Below, piece by piece: positions 30,916-40,686 of a DNA stretch of 64,000 nucleotides. The notes under the pieces were generated by a model. That model was not told the DNA's origin. It did no database searches and saw only the letters and a list, made by a program, of their open reading frames with translations. The DNA comes from Candidatus Sumerlaeaceae bacterium (GTDB lineage Bacteria > Sumerlaeota > Sumerlaeia > Sumerlaeales > Sumerlaeaceae): the NCBI GenBank assembly GCA_051003195.1, contig JBPCLP010000017.1:41228-105227 (forward strand), in the 5' to 3' direction. The position numbers were made by a program, and so were the translations under genes. How positions within the stretch are numbered: the stretch's first letter is position 1; each line of letters starts with the position of its first letter.

Positions 30916-31992
30916 ATGCGTCTCTCGGCATTACGGTTTGTACTCGGCCTTTTCTTAGTGGCCAGTGCTGCGTTGGCAGGTGCCGTCGGTGTAGCACACG
31001 ACGGTGCGTACCGCGTCCATACAACTGAACGCGAACCCGCGGACCCGGGAGAAAACATCCGTATCGTACCGCCACCCACAGGCGGAGTACTCAAGGTCGA
31101 CATCCGTACCGACAAGGCGCGCTACCACGTTTACGATCCCATGCAGGTGTTTTTCTCCGTAAATCGCGATTCGTATGTATATGTCTTCGACACGGATCCC
31201 GCGGGAATTACCCGGCAAATATTCCCCAACTATTATGATACCGATAACTATTTGCGCGCCGGCAAAACCTATTATGTTCCGGATCGCGGCTATGACCTGG
31301 AAGTGACCGGCCCGCAGGGACGTTCAACTCTGACGATCGTCGCACTCGTACAGGATTTTCACTTCCTCAACGAGTACCGCTATTACACCAGGCAGGACCC
31401 GTATCCCGCCAGCCGCGAGGGTGCGACTGCCATGGTGCGCCAGATCGAACAATTCCGCGCGGAACCCAGCGCCTTGGGAGTGCATCCACTGCGTCCGGCT
31501 CTGAAAGAAAACATTTGGGCAGTCGAACACACCACTTATTATGTAATGGGGAACGAGCGTGTACAGCCCCCGGTTTACAAGACGCCGCGGTATGGCCGCT
31601 TGGACATCGACAGCTATCCGAGCAACGCACGCATCTATATCGACGCCGATTATTATGGCCGTACGTCACAGGTCATCGACAGGCTGGAAATCGGCTATCA
31701 TCGCCTGCGGCTCGAGAAGGAAGGCTACCTGCCCTACGAGTGCCATATCTACATCAAAGGTAACGAGACCAAGCAGATGGATATCTTCCTGACGCAGACG
31801 CCGGTCATGCCGGCCCAGGAAAAACATGATGGGCAAATGCGCGGTGGCAGTACCTTTGGATTCTTTAACGAAAACGCCGAGGGCGCAGGAGCTGCCTGCC
31901 CGCCCGGTACCGTACCAGTCATGGCTCCTGTTGCTCCCGCACCGCAGCAGAAGGCTGCACCTGCGTGGGACGAAGCCGCACCCGAGAAGTAG
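30916..31992 (+). CDS. Secreted DUF4384 + PEGA domain protein
   Basis: Signal peptide; VYVFDTDPAG...IFPN; IDSYPSNARIYID..YYGRT...LEKEGY. Confidence 0.8.
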   Translation: MRLSALRFVLGLFLVASAALAGAVGVAHDGAYRVHTTEREPADPGENIRIVPPPTGGVLKVDIRTDKARYHVYDPMQVFFSVNRDSYVYVFDTDPAGITRQIFPNYYDTDNYLRAGKTYYVPDRGYDLEVTGPQGRSTLTIVALVQDFHFLNEYRYYTRQDPYPASREGATAMVRQIEQFRAEPSALGVHPLRPALKENIWAVEHTTYYVMGNERVQPPVYKTPRYGRLDIDSYPSNARIYIDADYYGRTSQVIDRLEIGYHRLRLEKEGYLPYECHIYIKGNETKQMDIFLTQTPVMPAQEKHDGQMRGGSTFGFFNENAEGAGAACPPGTVPVMAPVAPAPQQKAAPAWDEAAPEK

Positions 31993-32063
31993 AGAATCCC
32001 GTATTTGCTTTTCTGTGCGTTGAAGTGGGTCAGTGGTTCGCATCTGGCTAGCTCCGCTCGCGC

Positions 32064-33461
32064 ATGAGACTCGAAGAAGTAGCACATGCGAAGTTTGTCA
32101 TACTCGGCGCAGCGCGGAGCGGAGTTGCCGCGGCAAAACTGCTGAAGCGACGCGGCGCAGATGTCGTTATTGCAGACGAAAAGGCAGTCTGCGCAGCCAC
32201 CGCGACGCTGAACGAGCTTGATGCCGTCGACGTACGCAGCTTTTGGGGCGAGCGAGGCATTGAGTCCCTCGCCGGACGCACCGTTATGGTAAAAAGTCCG
32301 GGGATACCTCAAGGCAATGCAGTAGTCACTGAAGCACGCCGCCGTGGAATTCGCGTCATCAGCGAGATTGAGTTCGCGTCGGCTTTCGTTTCACCTGCTG
32401 CGAGGATCGTAGCCATTACCGGCACGAACGGCAAGACCACAACCACAGCATGGATCGCACACATACTGCAGGCTGCCGGTTTCAACGCTGTCTTAGCAGG
32501 GAATATCGGCGATGCCTGGAGCAATAGCGCCGACCTCCCTCAGAACCAGACTGACCGAACCGTTTTTGTCGTCGAGTGCAGCAGCTTTCAGCTCGAGGAT
32601 ATCGAGCACTTCCACCCGCACATAGCGCTGCTCACCAACTTTTCGCCCGACCACATGGATCGCTACGACGACGATCTTGCGAAATACGCGGCTGCGAAGC
32701 GCAACATACTTAAAAACATGACCGTGCAGGACGTCTTTGTCTTGAACGCGGACGACGAAGCCAGCCGGGGATTTGGTTCCGATTGTCCGGCTCAGGTCTG
32801 GAGATTCGGGCGCTCCAATCCTGAACTGATAAAGGGCCCCGGGGCTTTTACGCTCAATGGCGACATCTCGTTGCGCACCGGCCCAGACCATTCACACCCA
32901 ATTCTGCCGGCCGCCCAAATGCCTGTCCCAGGAGGGCACAATCTGGAAAATGCGCTCGCCGCCGCAGTGGCATCGCATCTTGCGGGAGCGTCGGACCAAG
33001 CAATTCGTGAGGGCCTCCTTACTTTTAAGGGCGTCGAGCATCGCATCGAACTATGCGGCGTGCGCGCCGACGGCGTCCGTTTCTACAACGACAGCAAGGC
33101 CACCAACCTCGATGCGATGGAAAAGGCACTGAAGGCTTTCGAAAAACCCATCATCGTCATCGCCGGCGGACGCGACGCACACAGCGACTACACCAGTATC
33201 AATGATCTTGTGCAGCGCTACGTAAAGCGCCTGATCACCATCGGTGAAGCTGCACCCCTGATCGAATCCGCCTGGAGCGAATTGGTCCCAACTCACCGTG
33301 CTGACAGCATGGCCGACGCCGTCCGTCGCGCCGCCGAAGCAGCCGATCCAAACGATATCATCGTTCTCTCACCTGCATGCAAAAGCTTCGACATGTACAA
33401 CAACTTCGAAGAGCGTGGGCGGGACTTTAAGCAGTGCGTCCAAAGTGTTCTAAATGAGTAA
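32064..33461 (+). CDS. murD: UDP-N-acetylmuramoyl-L-alanine--D-glutamate ligase
   Basis: ITGTNGKTTTT, ECSSFQL, DHMDRY, NDSKATN, LSPACKSFD. Confidence 0.96.
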   Translation: MRLEEVAHAKFVILGAARSGVAAAKLLKRRGADVVIADEKAVCAATATLNELDAVDVRSFWGERGIESLAGRTVMVKSPGIPQGNAVVTEARRRGIRVISEIEFASAFVSPAARIVAITGTNGKTTTTAWIAHILQAAGFNAVLAGNIGDAWSNSADLPQNQTDRTVFVVECSSFQLEDIEHFHPHIALLTNFSPDHMDRYDDDLAKYAAAKRNILKNMTVQDVFVLNADDEASRGFGSDCPAQVWRFGRSNPELIKGPGAFTLNGDISLRTGPDHSHPILPAAQMPVPGGHNLENALAAAVASHLAGASDQAIREGLLTFKGVEHRIELCGVRADGVRFYNDSKATNLDAMEKALKAFEKPIIVIAGGRDAHSDYTSINDLVQRYVKRLITIGEAAPLIESAWSELVPTHRADSMADAVRRAAEAADPNDIIVLSPACKSFDMYNNFEERGRDFKQCVQSVLNE

Positions 33462-33473
33462 GGAAACGTGAGA

Positions 33474-33797
33474 TCAAGGCCTCGGACTCTTTGCCACACG
33501 ACGCCTTGCGCCGATTTGCACTTGCCGCGACACGCGTTTCTTTTCGAGGTGCTCGGCCAGGATAATCTTAATAAGCGACTGGTATGCAACGTCCTGTTGA
33601 TTCGCCGCTATCTTAAGCTCTTCTAGCATCGTAACCGGCAGCCGAAGGGATATAGTCTTCAGGCTGGGACGCAACTTCGGGAAAGTAACTCGGCGAGCTT
33701 TGGACCAATCGATATAATCGCACGAGTCATGAGATCCCAAGAACGCCCGCTCCTCGTCTTCATTTTTGAATTTCGGGATTGTTTTCAATTTGCCCAA
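33474..33797 (-). CDS. BrnA/CopG-type antitoxin
   Basis: IPKFKNEDEERAF..SHD..DYIDW, TISLRLP, AYQSLIK (RHH); AAGGAG SD. Confidence 0.85.
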   Translation of the reverse strand: MGKLKTIPKFKNEDEERAFLGSHDSCDYIDWSKARRVTFPKLRPSLKTISLRLPVTMLEELKIAANQQDVAYQSLIKIILAEHLEKKRVSRQVQIGARRRVAKSPRP

Positions 33798-33879
33798 GAT
33801 AGCTCCTTTGCTCCGCCTTGGTCATATCGCGCGCGGTAATAACCCGGATTTTCTGTTTACGACTCAACCATATACAATC
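33760..33879 (-). pseudogene. 3' remnant of BrnT-type toxin
   Basis: KIRVITARDMTKAEQRSY matches the BrnT C-terminus; 5' part absent, abuts purH stop. Confidence 0.7.
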
Positions 33880-35475
33880 TCAATGGCGGAAATGCCGCAT
33901 CCCCGTGAACACCAGGATCATATGATGCTCATCCGCCGCGGTGATCACTTCCTCATCCCGTACACTACCGCCCGGCTGGATGATTGCCCGAATACCAATA
34001 TCCGCCGCCCGATCCACATTGTCCCGGAAGGGGAAAAACGCATCGCTCGCCATATACGCTCCGCGCACCGGGCGCTGTGCTTTCACCGCGCCAATGTTAG
34101 TCGAATCGATCCGGCTCATCTGCCCCGCGCCAATACCGATTGTCGCACTCTTCGAGGTGTAAACAATCGCATTGCTCTTGGTAAACTTGGCCACGCGCCA
34201 CGCAAACAGCAGGCCATCGATGTCTTCTTCCGTTGGCCGCTCTTTTGAAACAACCTTCAACCCCTCGCGCATCACCACACCCATGTCGCGGTCCTGCACA
34301 AGCAATCCTCCGACCACACTTCGCAGCATCATCTGCGGCGCCGGATCCGAAAACGCACCCGTCGACAACACGCGTATATTCTTCTTCTTTGTCAGCGTTG
34401 CCAGTGCCTCATCCGAATACCCAGGCGCGATCACCGCCTCCAGGAAAAGCTGCCCAACTTCCTCCGCCGTTTCCGCATCCACTTCGCGGTTTAGACCGAC
34501 AATTCCGCCAAACGAACTCGTCGGATCGCACTCGCGCGCGGCTTTGTATGCATCCACCAGCTTCTCCGCTTTGGCAACACCACACGGATTGTTATGCTTG
34601 ATTATTACACACGCTGGCGATTCCGGAAAAGAGCGCGCGATTTCCAGCGCGGCGTCGAGGTCCAGGATATTGTTGTAGCTCAGCTCTTTACCATGAAGCT
34701 GCTTCGCGTTCGCGACAGACGTCTCTGCATCCACACTGTTCTGGTAAAATGCTGCGCGCTGGTGCGGATTCTCACCATAACGCAGGTCTTGTAGTTTCTC
34801 AAACCCCACAAGAAGGTCGGCCGGAAACAGAATCTCCTTCTCGCGATTCTCGAGCGCCTGCTCCAGCGCCACCGACTGCCCAATCTGGTTGTTCAGATAC
34901 TCCGAGATTTTCGCGTCATACTGCGACGTATCAAGCAATGCCTGCCATGCCAGGGCTTGCCGGCTTTCTGCTTCATCATCACCATTAAACGATCCGTTCA
35001 CCATCGCCTCAGCCACTTCCATGCTTTGCCGCGACGAGCAAACGACCACATGCTTAAAGTTTTTCGCTGCCGCTCGAATCAGCGAGACGCCCCCGATATC
35101 GATTTGCTCAACCGCATCATCCAGCGTCACACCCACGCGCGCGATCGTTTCTTCGAACGGATAGAGGCTCACCGCGACAAGATCGATCGGCCTGACCCCC
35201 TGCTCCTCGAGCGTCTTCATGTCTTCCGGGTTGTCGCGCCGCGCCAGGATCCCGGCAAAAATCTTTGGGTGCAGCGTCTTCACGCGCCCACCAAGAATCT
35301 CCGCCTGGCCCGTGTACTCCGACACGCTAGTCGCGGGAATTCCACGTTCGCGCAAAAAGGCCAGCGTGCCGCCGGTAGATAGGATCTCGACACCATGTTC
35401 GGTGAGCGACCGGCCGAAAGTTTCAAGGCCGGTTTTATCGTGAAGGCTTAGAAGAGCTGTTTTGATCTGGGACAT
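33880..35475 (-). CDS. purH: Bifunctional AICAR formyltransferase / IMP cyclohydrolase
   Basis: [39 protein letters not shown]. Confidence 0.98.
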   Translation of the reverse strand: MSQIKTALLSLHDKTGLETFGRSLTEHGVEILSTGGTLAFLRERGIPATSVSEYTGQAEILGGRVKTLHPKIFAGILARRDNPEDMKTLEEQGVRPIDLVAVSLYPFEETIARVGVTLDDAVEQIDIGGVSLIRAAAKNFKHVVVCSSRQSMEVAEAMVNGSFNGDDEAESRQALAWQALLDTSQYDAKISEYLNNQIGQSVALEQALENREKEILFPADLLVGFEKLQDLRYGENPHQRAAFYQNSVDAETSVANAKQLHGKELSYNNILDLDAALEIARSFPESPACVIIKHNNPCGVAKAEKLVDAYKAARECDPTSSFGGIVGLNREVDAETAEEVGQLFLEAVIAPGYSDEALATLTKKKNIRVLSTGAFSDPAPQMMLRSVVGGLLVQDRDMGVVMREGLKVVSKERPTEEDIDGLLFAWRVAKFTKSNAIVYTSKSATIGIGAGQMSRIDSTNIGAVKAQRPVRGAYMASDAFFPFRDNVDRAADIGIRAIIQPGGSVRDEEVITAADEHHMILVFTGMRHFRH

Positions 35476-35536
35476 GGCCCGCTACGCTGAACCCCTAACC
35501 CCGCGACGCAATTCAAAAAACTTTACCGGCACATTT

Positions 35537-35573
35537 TACAGGCCCCGTTCGGAGTACAGGCTTTAGCCTGGGC
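35537..35573 (+). repeat. 37-bp REP-like palindromic element, copy 1
   Basis: TACAGGCCCCGTTCGGAGTACAGGCTTTAGCCTGGGC; exact reverse complement at 38425-38461; CAGGC-TTTA-GCCTG hairpin. Confidence 0.85.
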
Positions 35574-35631
35574 CGACGTAACCTAACCAGGGAACGTATC
35601 CAGTAACGCGATCGATACTACACGACCTTCG

Positions 35632-36447
35632 TTACTTCTCCCGCAGCACAATCCCCCGCGACGCAGCGTATTCCCGCGCTTCATCCGTTATAACCGTTCC
35701 CGGGGTGTAAAGCAGTTCCTTCTGCCCCCGCGACATCGCGTTCCATACATCCTCGGCCGTGATAAACTGCCTTTTCGGCGCCATCCTCTGTTTCGCGAGC
35801 CGCTCAGGCGTCTCATTAATTTCCGGGCGGAAAATCTCTGCGATACAACTCGCCAAATTCCCCGACGTAAAGCGAACGCCCATCTGCTGCAGCTTGTGCA
35901 GATGATCGTCCGCCACGCGCACGATCGCATGCGCCGCTCCCGGCGCGCCGTCCTGTATCATCTGTCGATGCGCCGACAGGTCGGTCGCGACACAAACCGG
36001 TTTGCCGCTCATGAGCATACCGCGAATCAATCGCGACGGCATCGAATCCTCGATTCCCGCCGCCACCTTTGACGCCGTGTTCGTCGAAACAAACGCCGCA
36101 ATCAGCGCATCCGCCGATCGTACCGCATCCGATTGCTGTTTCTCGTCATTCGCCTGCAGCAGCCCCGTACCCTTGGGCAGCTTCTCCAATACCGAGTTGC
36201 CATGAAACTGCGAAAACGTATGGCTCGGCGCTGCGACGATCCGATATCCCTGCCCCGCCAGGCTGGCCACCTCGGCAAAAAAATCGTCGCCCGGCATCAG
36301 GTCCAACGTAAAGAGCACAATCAGCGTTCGACCCTCGGGCCCCGCCTGGCCCGCTGCGCCCTGCGCTTCGCGCCTTCGCAGCACGGCAATCACCACCTCG
36401 CGAATCTGCGCGCGCAGTCGCTCTAACTCTGGCTGAGAGATATCCAA
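35632..36447 (-). CDS. BMC-associated flavoprotein-fold (HFCD-like) protein
   Basis: STNTASKVAAGIED...GKPV flavoprotein motif; N-terminal amphipathic helix; C-terminal ITAEDV...VITDEARE...RGI domain seen in BMC accessory proteins. Confidence 0.72.
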   Translation of the reverse strand: MDISQPELERLRAQIREVVIAVLRRREAQGAAGQAGPEGRTLIVLFTLDLMPGDDFFAEVASLAGQGYRIVAAPSHTFSQFHGNSVLEKLPKGTGLLQANDEKQQSDAVRSADALIAAFVSTNTASKVAAGIEDSMPSRLIRGMLMSGKPVCVATDLSAHRQMIQDGAPGAAHAIVRVADDHLHKLQQMGVRFTSGNLASCIAEIFRPEINETPERLAKQRMAPKRQFITAEDVWNAMSRGQKELLYTPGTVITDEAREYAASRGIVLREK

Positions 36448-36472
36448 CAGTTCCCCGACAAAAGGCCTTTTC

Positions 36473-36533
36473 TAACGGGAGGCAACGGAGAGAACAGAAG
36501 ATCTTTCTCTGTCGCCTCTGTTCCCCCCTGTTA
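36473..36533. repeat. Imperfect inverted repeat of 9-nt AACRGAG-type units
   Basis: TAACGGGAGGCAACGGAGAGAACAGAAG ... TTCTCTGTCGCCTCTGTTCCCCCCTGTTA. Confidence 0.65.
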
Positions 36534-36551
36534 AATGTTTCGCTTTTATAT

Positions 36552-36578
36552 AAAAACAGCCCGTCCTTTCGAACGGGC
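36552..36578 (-). terminator. Intrinsic terminator after the BMC-H gene
   Basis: Minus strand GCCCGTTC-GAAA-GGACGGGC then TGTTTTT. Confidence 0.75.
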
Positions 36579-36607
36579 CGTCCCAATCCTTAATTGTGGC
36601 GAAGAGA

Positions 36608-36895
36608 TCAGCCCTGGGGCAGGATCTTCTCGAGATCGTTGTGCGGACGCGCAATCACGTGCACGCTGATCAGCTCGCCCACGCGGCGGGCTGCGGCAGC
36701 ACCGCTGTCCGTAGCAGCCTTTACAGCACCTACGTCACCACGCACCATGACCGTAACTAGGCCGCCGCCAACATGTTCCTTGCCGATCAGCCGCACATTT
36801 GCAGCCTTCACCATGGCATCAGCCGCCTCAATCGCGCCCACCAGGCCGCGCGTCTCGATCAGCCCCAGCGCATTGCCGTAAACTTCGTCCGCCAT
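36608..36895 (-). CDS. Bacterial microcompartment hexameric shell protein (EutM/PduA/CcmK family)
   Basis: [26 protein letters not shown]...GDVGAVKAA...HVIARPH. Confidence 0.96.
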   Translation of the reverse strand: MADEVYGNALGLIETRGLVGAIEAADAMVKAANVRLIGKEHVGGGLVTVMVRGDVGAVKAATDSGAAAARRVGELISVHVIARPHNDLEKILPQG

Positions 36896-37091
36896 CCCTA
36901 AAATCCTCCAGAAGAATCAAGTACCTGCCAGCATCAAATCCCCATGACGCTAGGAACGGGTGGTAAGGCTGTCAATGGCATTATCGGGAATAACCCTGTG
37001 ATCTGGACACTGTGGACGTTCGGGTTACCAATATGGCGATAAACGCCTGTAAAACAACCGGCCACTTTTCAATCTCGGGCGTTTTGCCCGT

Positions 37092-37176
37092 TGTCGCGGG
37101 GCGACAGAATGATGGTCCCCGGATCTTTTAAGGTCCGGTTGCGTCGCCCGCCCCCGATCGTGTCGCGTAGCGACAC
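37092..37176. repeat. Pair of TGTCGC-NNN-GCGACA palindromes (REP-like)
   Basis: TGTCGCGGGGCGACA at 37092-37106 and GTGTCGCGTAGCGACAC at 37160-37176. Confidence 0.6.
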
Positions 37177-37202
37177 TTGAACATCAGCCACCGCCATTTC
37201 CC

Positions 37203-38990
37203 TCACCGCTTCACCGCTGCCTCGTACTGCTTCAGCAACGCGGCCGCCCGCCGGTTCTCGGGCACTTCCGACACACTTCGCCGCAGATCTGCACCCAGCG
37301 CCAGCCAATCGTCGTTCGTCTTGAGTCTAGCTGCCATGTGCTGTAACGACAACCCGGGGGCGAGCACGCGAAACGGCTTCAACGACGAGGAATCCAGCGA
37401 ACCGCCGCGACGCAGGAAAAGCTGTGAAACCTCGTCCCAATAAACAAGCGCCCACTCCGGACTGCCCGCAAGCTCATGATACAGATTATTCTTCGGCAGT
37501 GCTCGCGTGATTTCGAATCGGCCAACAATCGCCTGAACGCGCCATTTAGCCAGGGTTTCCTTCCAGCCCGGAGCTCCCGCCCACACGCGCTCATACTCCT
37601 GCACTAGCTCCGGACCATACACATCTACGCGGCCGTCCATGGTCACCGGCCATTCCGGGTACAGGCGCCAGATCAGGAAACCACCATCGTTATAATCATT
37701 CAGCAGCGCGCCATCTGTGTGCAGATGCGCCAGCCGGTTCGTCGCCACTTCGGGAAAACGATTCTGCGCAAGGCCTATTCCCAGCTTGTGTCCCGCGGAC
37801 GCATAACAAGTCATCGAAACCGGAATCATCACACACGTGAGCATCAGCACTGCGATCTGTCCGAGCCAGCGTTGCCTCTCCGGCAGCCGGATGCGCGCAA
37901 TCAAACTCTCGATGCCGATCGCCACCGGGCCAATCGCCGCCAGCGCAAAAAACGGGATCTGCCGTCGGCTCATCACAGCGCCGGCAAGGAAGCCGCCGAA
38001 CATCAGCCACTGGAAGATACTGATTCTTCGCCACGCCGTCGTTGCCAGCAGTACCGCTACAATCGCGAATGCCCAGAAAGGCCGGAACGGCACCGAAAAA
38101 TCCGGCCGCGACCACTCGTAGATCTGTGCGCGAAAACTTTCCTCGCCGACCACCTTAAACGGGAACAGGTAAATTTCATAGCCGTGGGGGTTCAACATCG
38201 CCGCGAGCATACAAAGCACCAGCGTAATGCTGATTGGCTTTATCGCGGCCCGGTTTCGAATCGCCGCATCAATAACGGCGCATGCCAGAACTATAAACCC
38301 CAGCAGCACTGCTCCGTGCAGGTTCGCCCACAAAATGAACAGTGGTGGCAAAAGTATCATGCGGAGTAGAGGCTTGATTCTGGGCTGATTTGATTGTTCA
38401 TTGATCCCCGGAATCGTACGGCCAGCCCAGGCTAAAGCCTGTACTCCGAACGGGGCCTGTACTCCGAACGGGGCCTGTACTCCGAACACAACCAAACCGA
38501 ATAGCAACTCGCTCGCAAGCTGTGGACGAATCTCCGCCATTGATGCCAGGGGCCCCGTCGCCAGAATGCAGGCTGCAATACAAGCGAGCGTCGACGCTCC
38601 GCATATGCGCGCTGCCAATGCGCAAGCCCCAAGCGCACCCACCACCAGTACCAGCCGCGCCGCGTACAGCGCTTTCCATTCGCCGGCGCGATAGCACAAG
38701 TACGCCAGCGCCTGCCACAACCACTCGTGCGTCGTCCACGGCAGCCCCCCTGCATTTGCCGAAAACATGTCCACTTTGGGAACAGCCCGATGCCGCACAA
38801 TCCATTCACCCGTCTTCAAGTGCATCAGCACGTCGGGATCCAGCACTCGCACCCAGAACAACAGCCCCACTGCGGCGCCAAGCGCGAGCAATGCAAAACC
38901 TGCCAGCGCCGATGAAATATTCACGTGCACGCTCGTGGACGTCGTCGAATTTATAATCGAATCTAGTTCGGCGCTATTCCGAGGTTTCAC
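37203..38990 (-). CDS. Polytopic membrane protein, GT-C-like, with in-frame repeat insertion
   Basis: D.D...HL..G.WI, WTTHEWL, WANLHG, MDGRVDVYG motifs; many TMs. Confidence 0.75.
   Translation of the reverse strand: MKPRNSAELDSIINSTTSTSVHVNISSALAGFALLALGAAVGLLFWVRVLDPDVLMHLKTGEWIVRHRAVPKVDMFSANAGGLPWTTHEWLWQALAYLCYRAGEWKALYAARLVLVVGALGACALAARICGASTLACIAACILATGPLASMAEIRPQLASELLFGLVVFGVQAPFGVQAPFGVQALAWAGRTIPGINEQSNQPRIKPLLRMILLPPLFILWANLHGAVLLGFIVLACAVIDAAIRNRAAIKPISITLVLCMLAAMLNPHGYEIYLFPFKVVGEESFRAQIYEWSRPDFSVPFRPFWAFAIVAVLLATTAWRRISIFQWLMFGGFLAGAVMSRRQIPFFALAAIGPVAIGIESLIARIRLPERQRWLGQIAVLMLTCVMIPVSMTCYASAGHKLGIGLAQNRFPEVATNRLAHLHTDGALLNDYNDGGFLIWRLYPEWPVTMDGRVDVYGPELVQEYERVWAGAPGWKETLAKWRVQAIVGRFEITRALPKNNLYHELAGSPEWALVYWDEVSQLFLRRGGSLDSSSLKPFRVLAPGLSLQHMAARLKTNDDWLALGADLRRSVSEVPENRRAAALLKQYEAAVKR
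38425..38487 (-). repeat. REP-like element copy 2 plus 18-bp tandem repeat inside CDS
   Basis: GCCTGTACTCCGAACGGG at 38437, 38455 and 38473 (partial); encodes FGVQAP repeats. Confidence 0.88.
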
Positions 38991-39036
38991 CGTGAACCTT
39001 TCGCCACGACATCATAGGCGATATTTAAATGAATTC

Positions 39037-40686
39037 CTACTGCTTTTCCTTCTGCGCCTCGTCGAGCTCATGTGCCTCTGCCTCCGCTCGATATCCAGGG
39101 CCGCGCAGAATCTGCCCCGAACGCGCGCCGGTCAGCTTGCCGTCCGCAATCACGGGCTCACCATTTACGAGCACCCAGTCAAATCCCTCCGCGTAATGGT
39201 GCGGGTCTTCAAAGGTGGCCGGATCGTTCACGCGCTCCAGGTCAAACACCACCAGGTCTGCAGCCATACCGGGTCGCAATATGCCACGGTCCATGAACCG
39301 GAAGGTACGCGCCGGCAGTGAAGTCATCTTCCGGATGGCATCCTCAAGCCGCAGTAGTTTAATATCGCGTACATATCTCGCCAGCACGCGCGCATTGTTG
39401 CCATAGCCACGCGGGTGCGGTACCCCGTTCCCGAATTCCCGCACGCCACTGTCCGACGCGAACATCGAGTTGTGATACTGCGCAATGTTCTGGACGTCCT
39501 TTTCATCCATAGAGTGAAACACCATTCCCGATCCGCCGCTCGTGACGATGTCCACGACCACCGCTGCCTGTGCTTCCCAAGAGTCGCTGTCCTTCCACTT
39601 CTTCGCAATTTCGAGCAGGCTCTTCCCGTTAATGGTGGGATCGGGTCGGAAACTGGTCACGTGCGCGTAGTCCATGTTCGGACGGCCGCTGCTCTTTCGT
39701 TCTTCGATGATGGACTTCAGGATCAACGCCCGCGACGTCGGATCCGTCAGTCGCGCTTTCACGGCTTCGCTCGTGCCCTCGTTGGCCCAGTCAGGCAGCA
39801 TCGTGCTGATCCCGGTCGACGACGCCGTATATACATACTGGTCCACCGTCACGTCCTGCCCCGCGGCACGCGCATCCTCCACCATCTGCACCGTGTGCGT
39901 GCTCTGGCCAAACCGCCGCGGCGACGTAATCTTAAAATGCGAAATCTCGACCGGGCAATTGCCGGCCTTTCCAATACTCAGCGCCTCATTGATCGCTTCC
40001 GTGATGTTCGTGCCTTCGCTGCGCATGTGCGACGCATAGACGCCATGGTATTTGCCAACAGCCTTTGCCAGTTCGGCGATTTCCTCGGTTTTCGTATAAG
40101 TGCCCGGGGTATAAATCAGCCCGGTCGACATCCCCACGGCACCCGCACGCATCCCGCGCTCTATGATCTCCTGCATCGCGGCCACTTCTGTCGTCGTCGC
40201 CTCACGGCGAACGTTGCCTACGACCTTGCGCCGGATGGTGCCCTGCCCCAGGAGAGAGGCAAAATTGATCCCGATGCCTTTTGCAGTATGTGAGGTAAAC
40301 GCCTCTGCCAGGTTCGTATAGGACGACCCGCAGTTGCCGCTGATGATCGATGTGACCCCCATCCGTACGAAATTCTCAGCTGCAGGCATGGTCAGCAGAT
40401 CGTCCTCGCAGTGGGTGTGCACATCAATGAAGCCCGGCGCCACGTACCGATCTGCCGCCTCGATCACACGCGGCGCGGTTGAGCCCTCCTCCAGCACGCC
40501 GACCGCTGCTACCGTCCGGCTTGTAATTGCGACGTCGCCGCGAAACCACGGTGCTCCGGTGCCGTCGATGATCCGGGCATTTTTGATAATCAGATCGTAA
40601 GCAAGGCCGTGCGAACAGCCCATTATCAGGGCACAAGTGACAAGAATCAGGCGTTTGGACATGCCGGCGGTGGTATGCATCTCCAA
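39037..40686 (-). CDS. N-acyl-D-amino-acid deacylase (amidohydrolase), probably exported
   Basis: PGFIDVHTH, GNCG, SHMRSE, PHPRGYG, ADLVVFD; signal-like N-terminus. Confidence 0.9.
   Translation of the reverse strand: MEMHTTAGMSKRLILVTCALIMGCSHGLAYDLIIKNARIIDGTGAPWFRGDVAITSRTVAAVGVLEEGSTAPRVIEAADRYVAPGFIDVHTHCEDDLLTMPAAENFVRMGVTSIISGNCGSSYTNLAEAFTSHTAKGIGINFASLLGQGTIRRKVVGNVRREATTTEVAAMQEIIERGMRAGAVGMSTGLIYTPGTYTKTEEIAELAKAVGKYHGVYASHMRSEGTNITEAINEALSIGKAGNCPVEISHFKITSPRRFGQSTHTVQMVEDARAAGQDVTVDQYVYTASSTGISTMLPDWANEGTSEAVKARLTDPTSRALILKSIIEERKSSGRPNMDYAHVTSFRPDPTINGKSLLEIAKKWKDSDSWEAQAAVVVDIVTSGGSGMVFHSMDEKDVQNIAQYHNSMFASDSGVREFGNGVPHPRGYGNNARVLARYVRDIKLLRLEDAIRKMTSLPARTFRFMDRGILRPGMAADLVVFDLERVNDPATFEDPHHYAEGFDWVLVNGEPVIADGKLTGARSGQILRGPGYRAEAEAHELDEAQKEKQ

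Noticed and set aside
33760..33882. Stop-codon read-through fusing PurH to the BrnT remnant
   Set aside because: PurH ends at its canonical RHFRH; being in frame has a one-in-three chance and no recoding signal is evident
35537..38461. Dedicated invertase-driven phase-variation switch
   Set aside because: No recombinase in the window and the repeat looks like a REP; kept only as a possibility in the findings
38437..38487. CRISPR array
   Set aside because: Tandem 18-mers without spacers, inside a CDS, no cas genes
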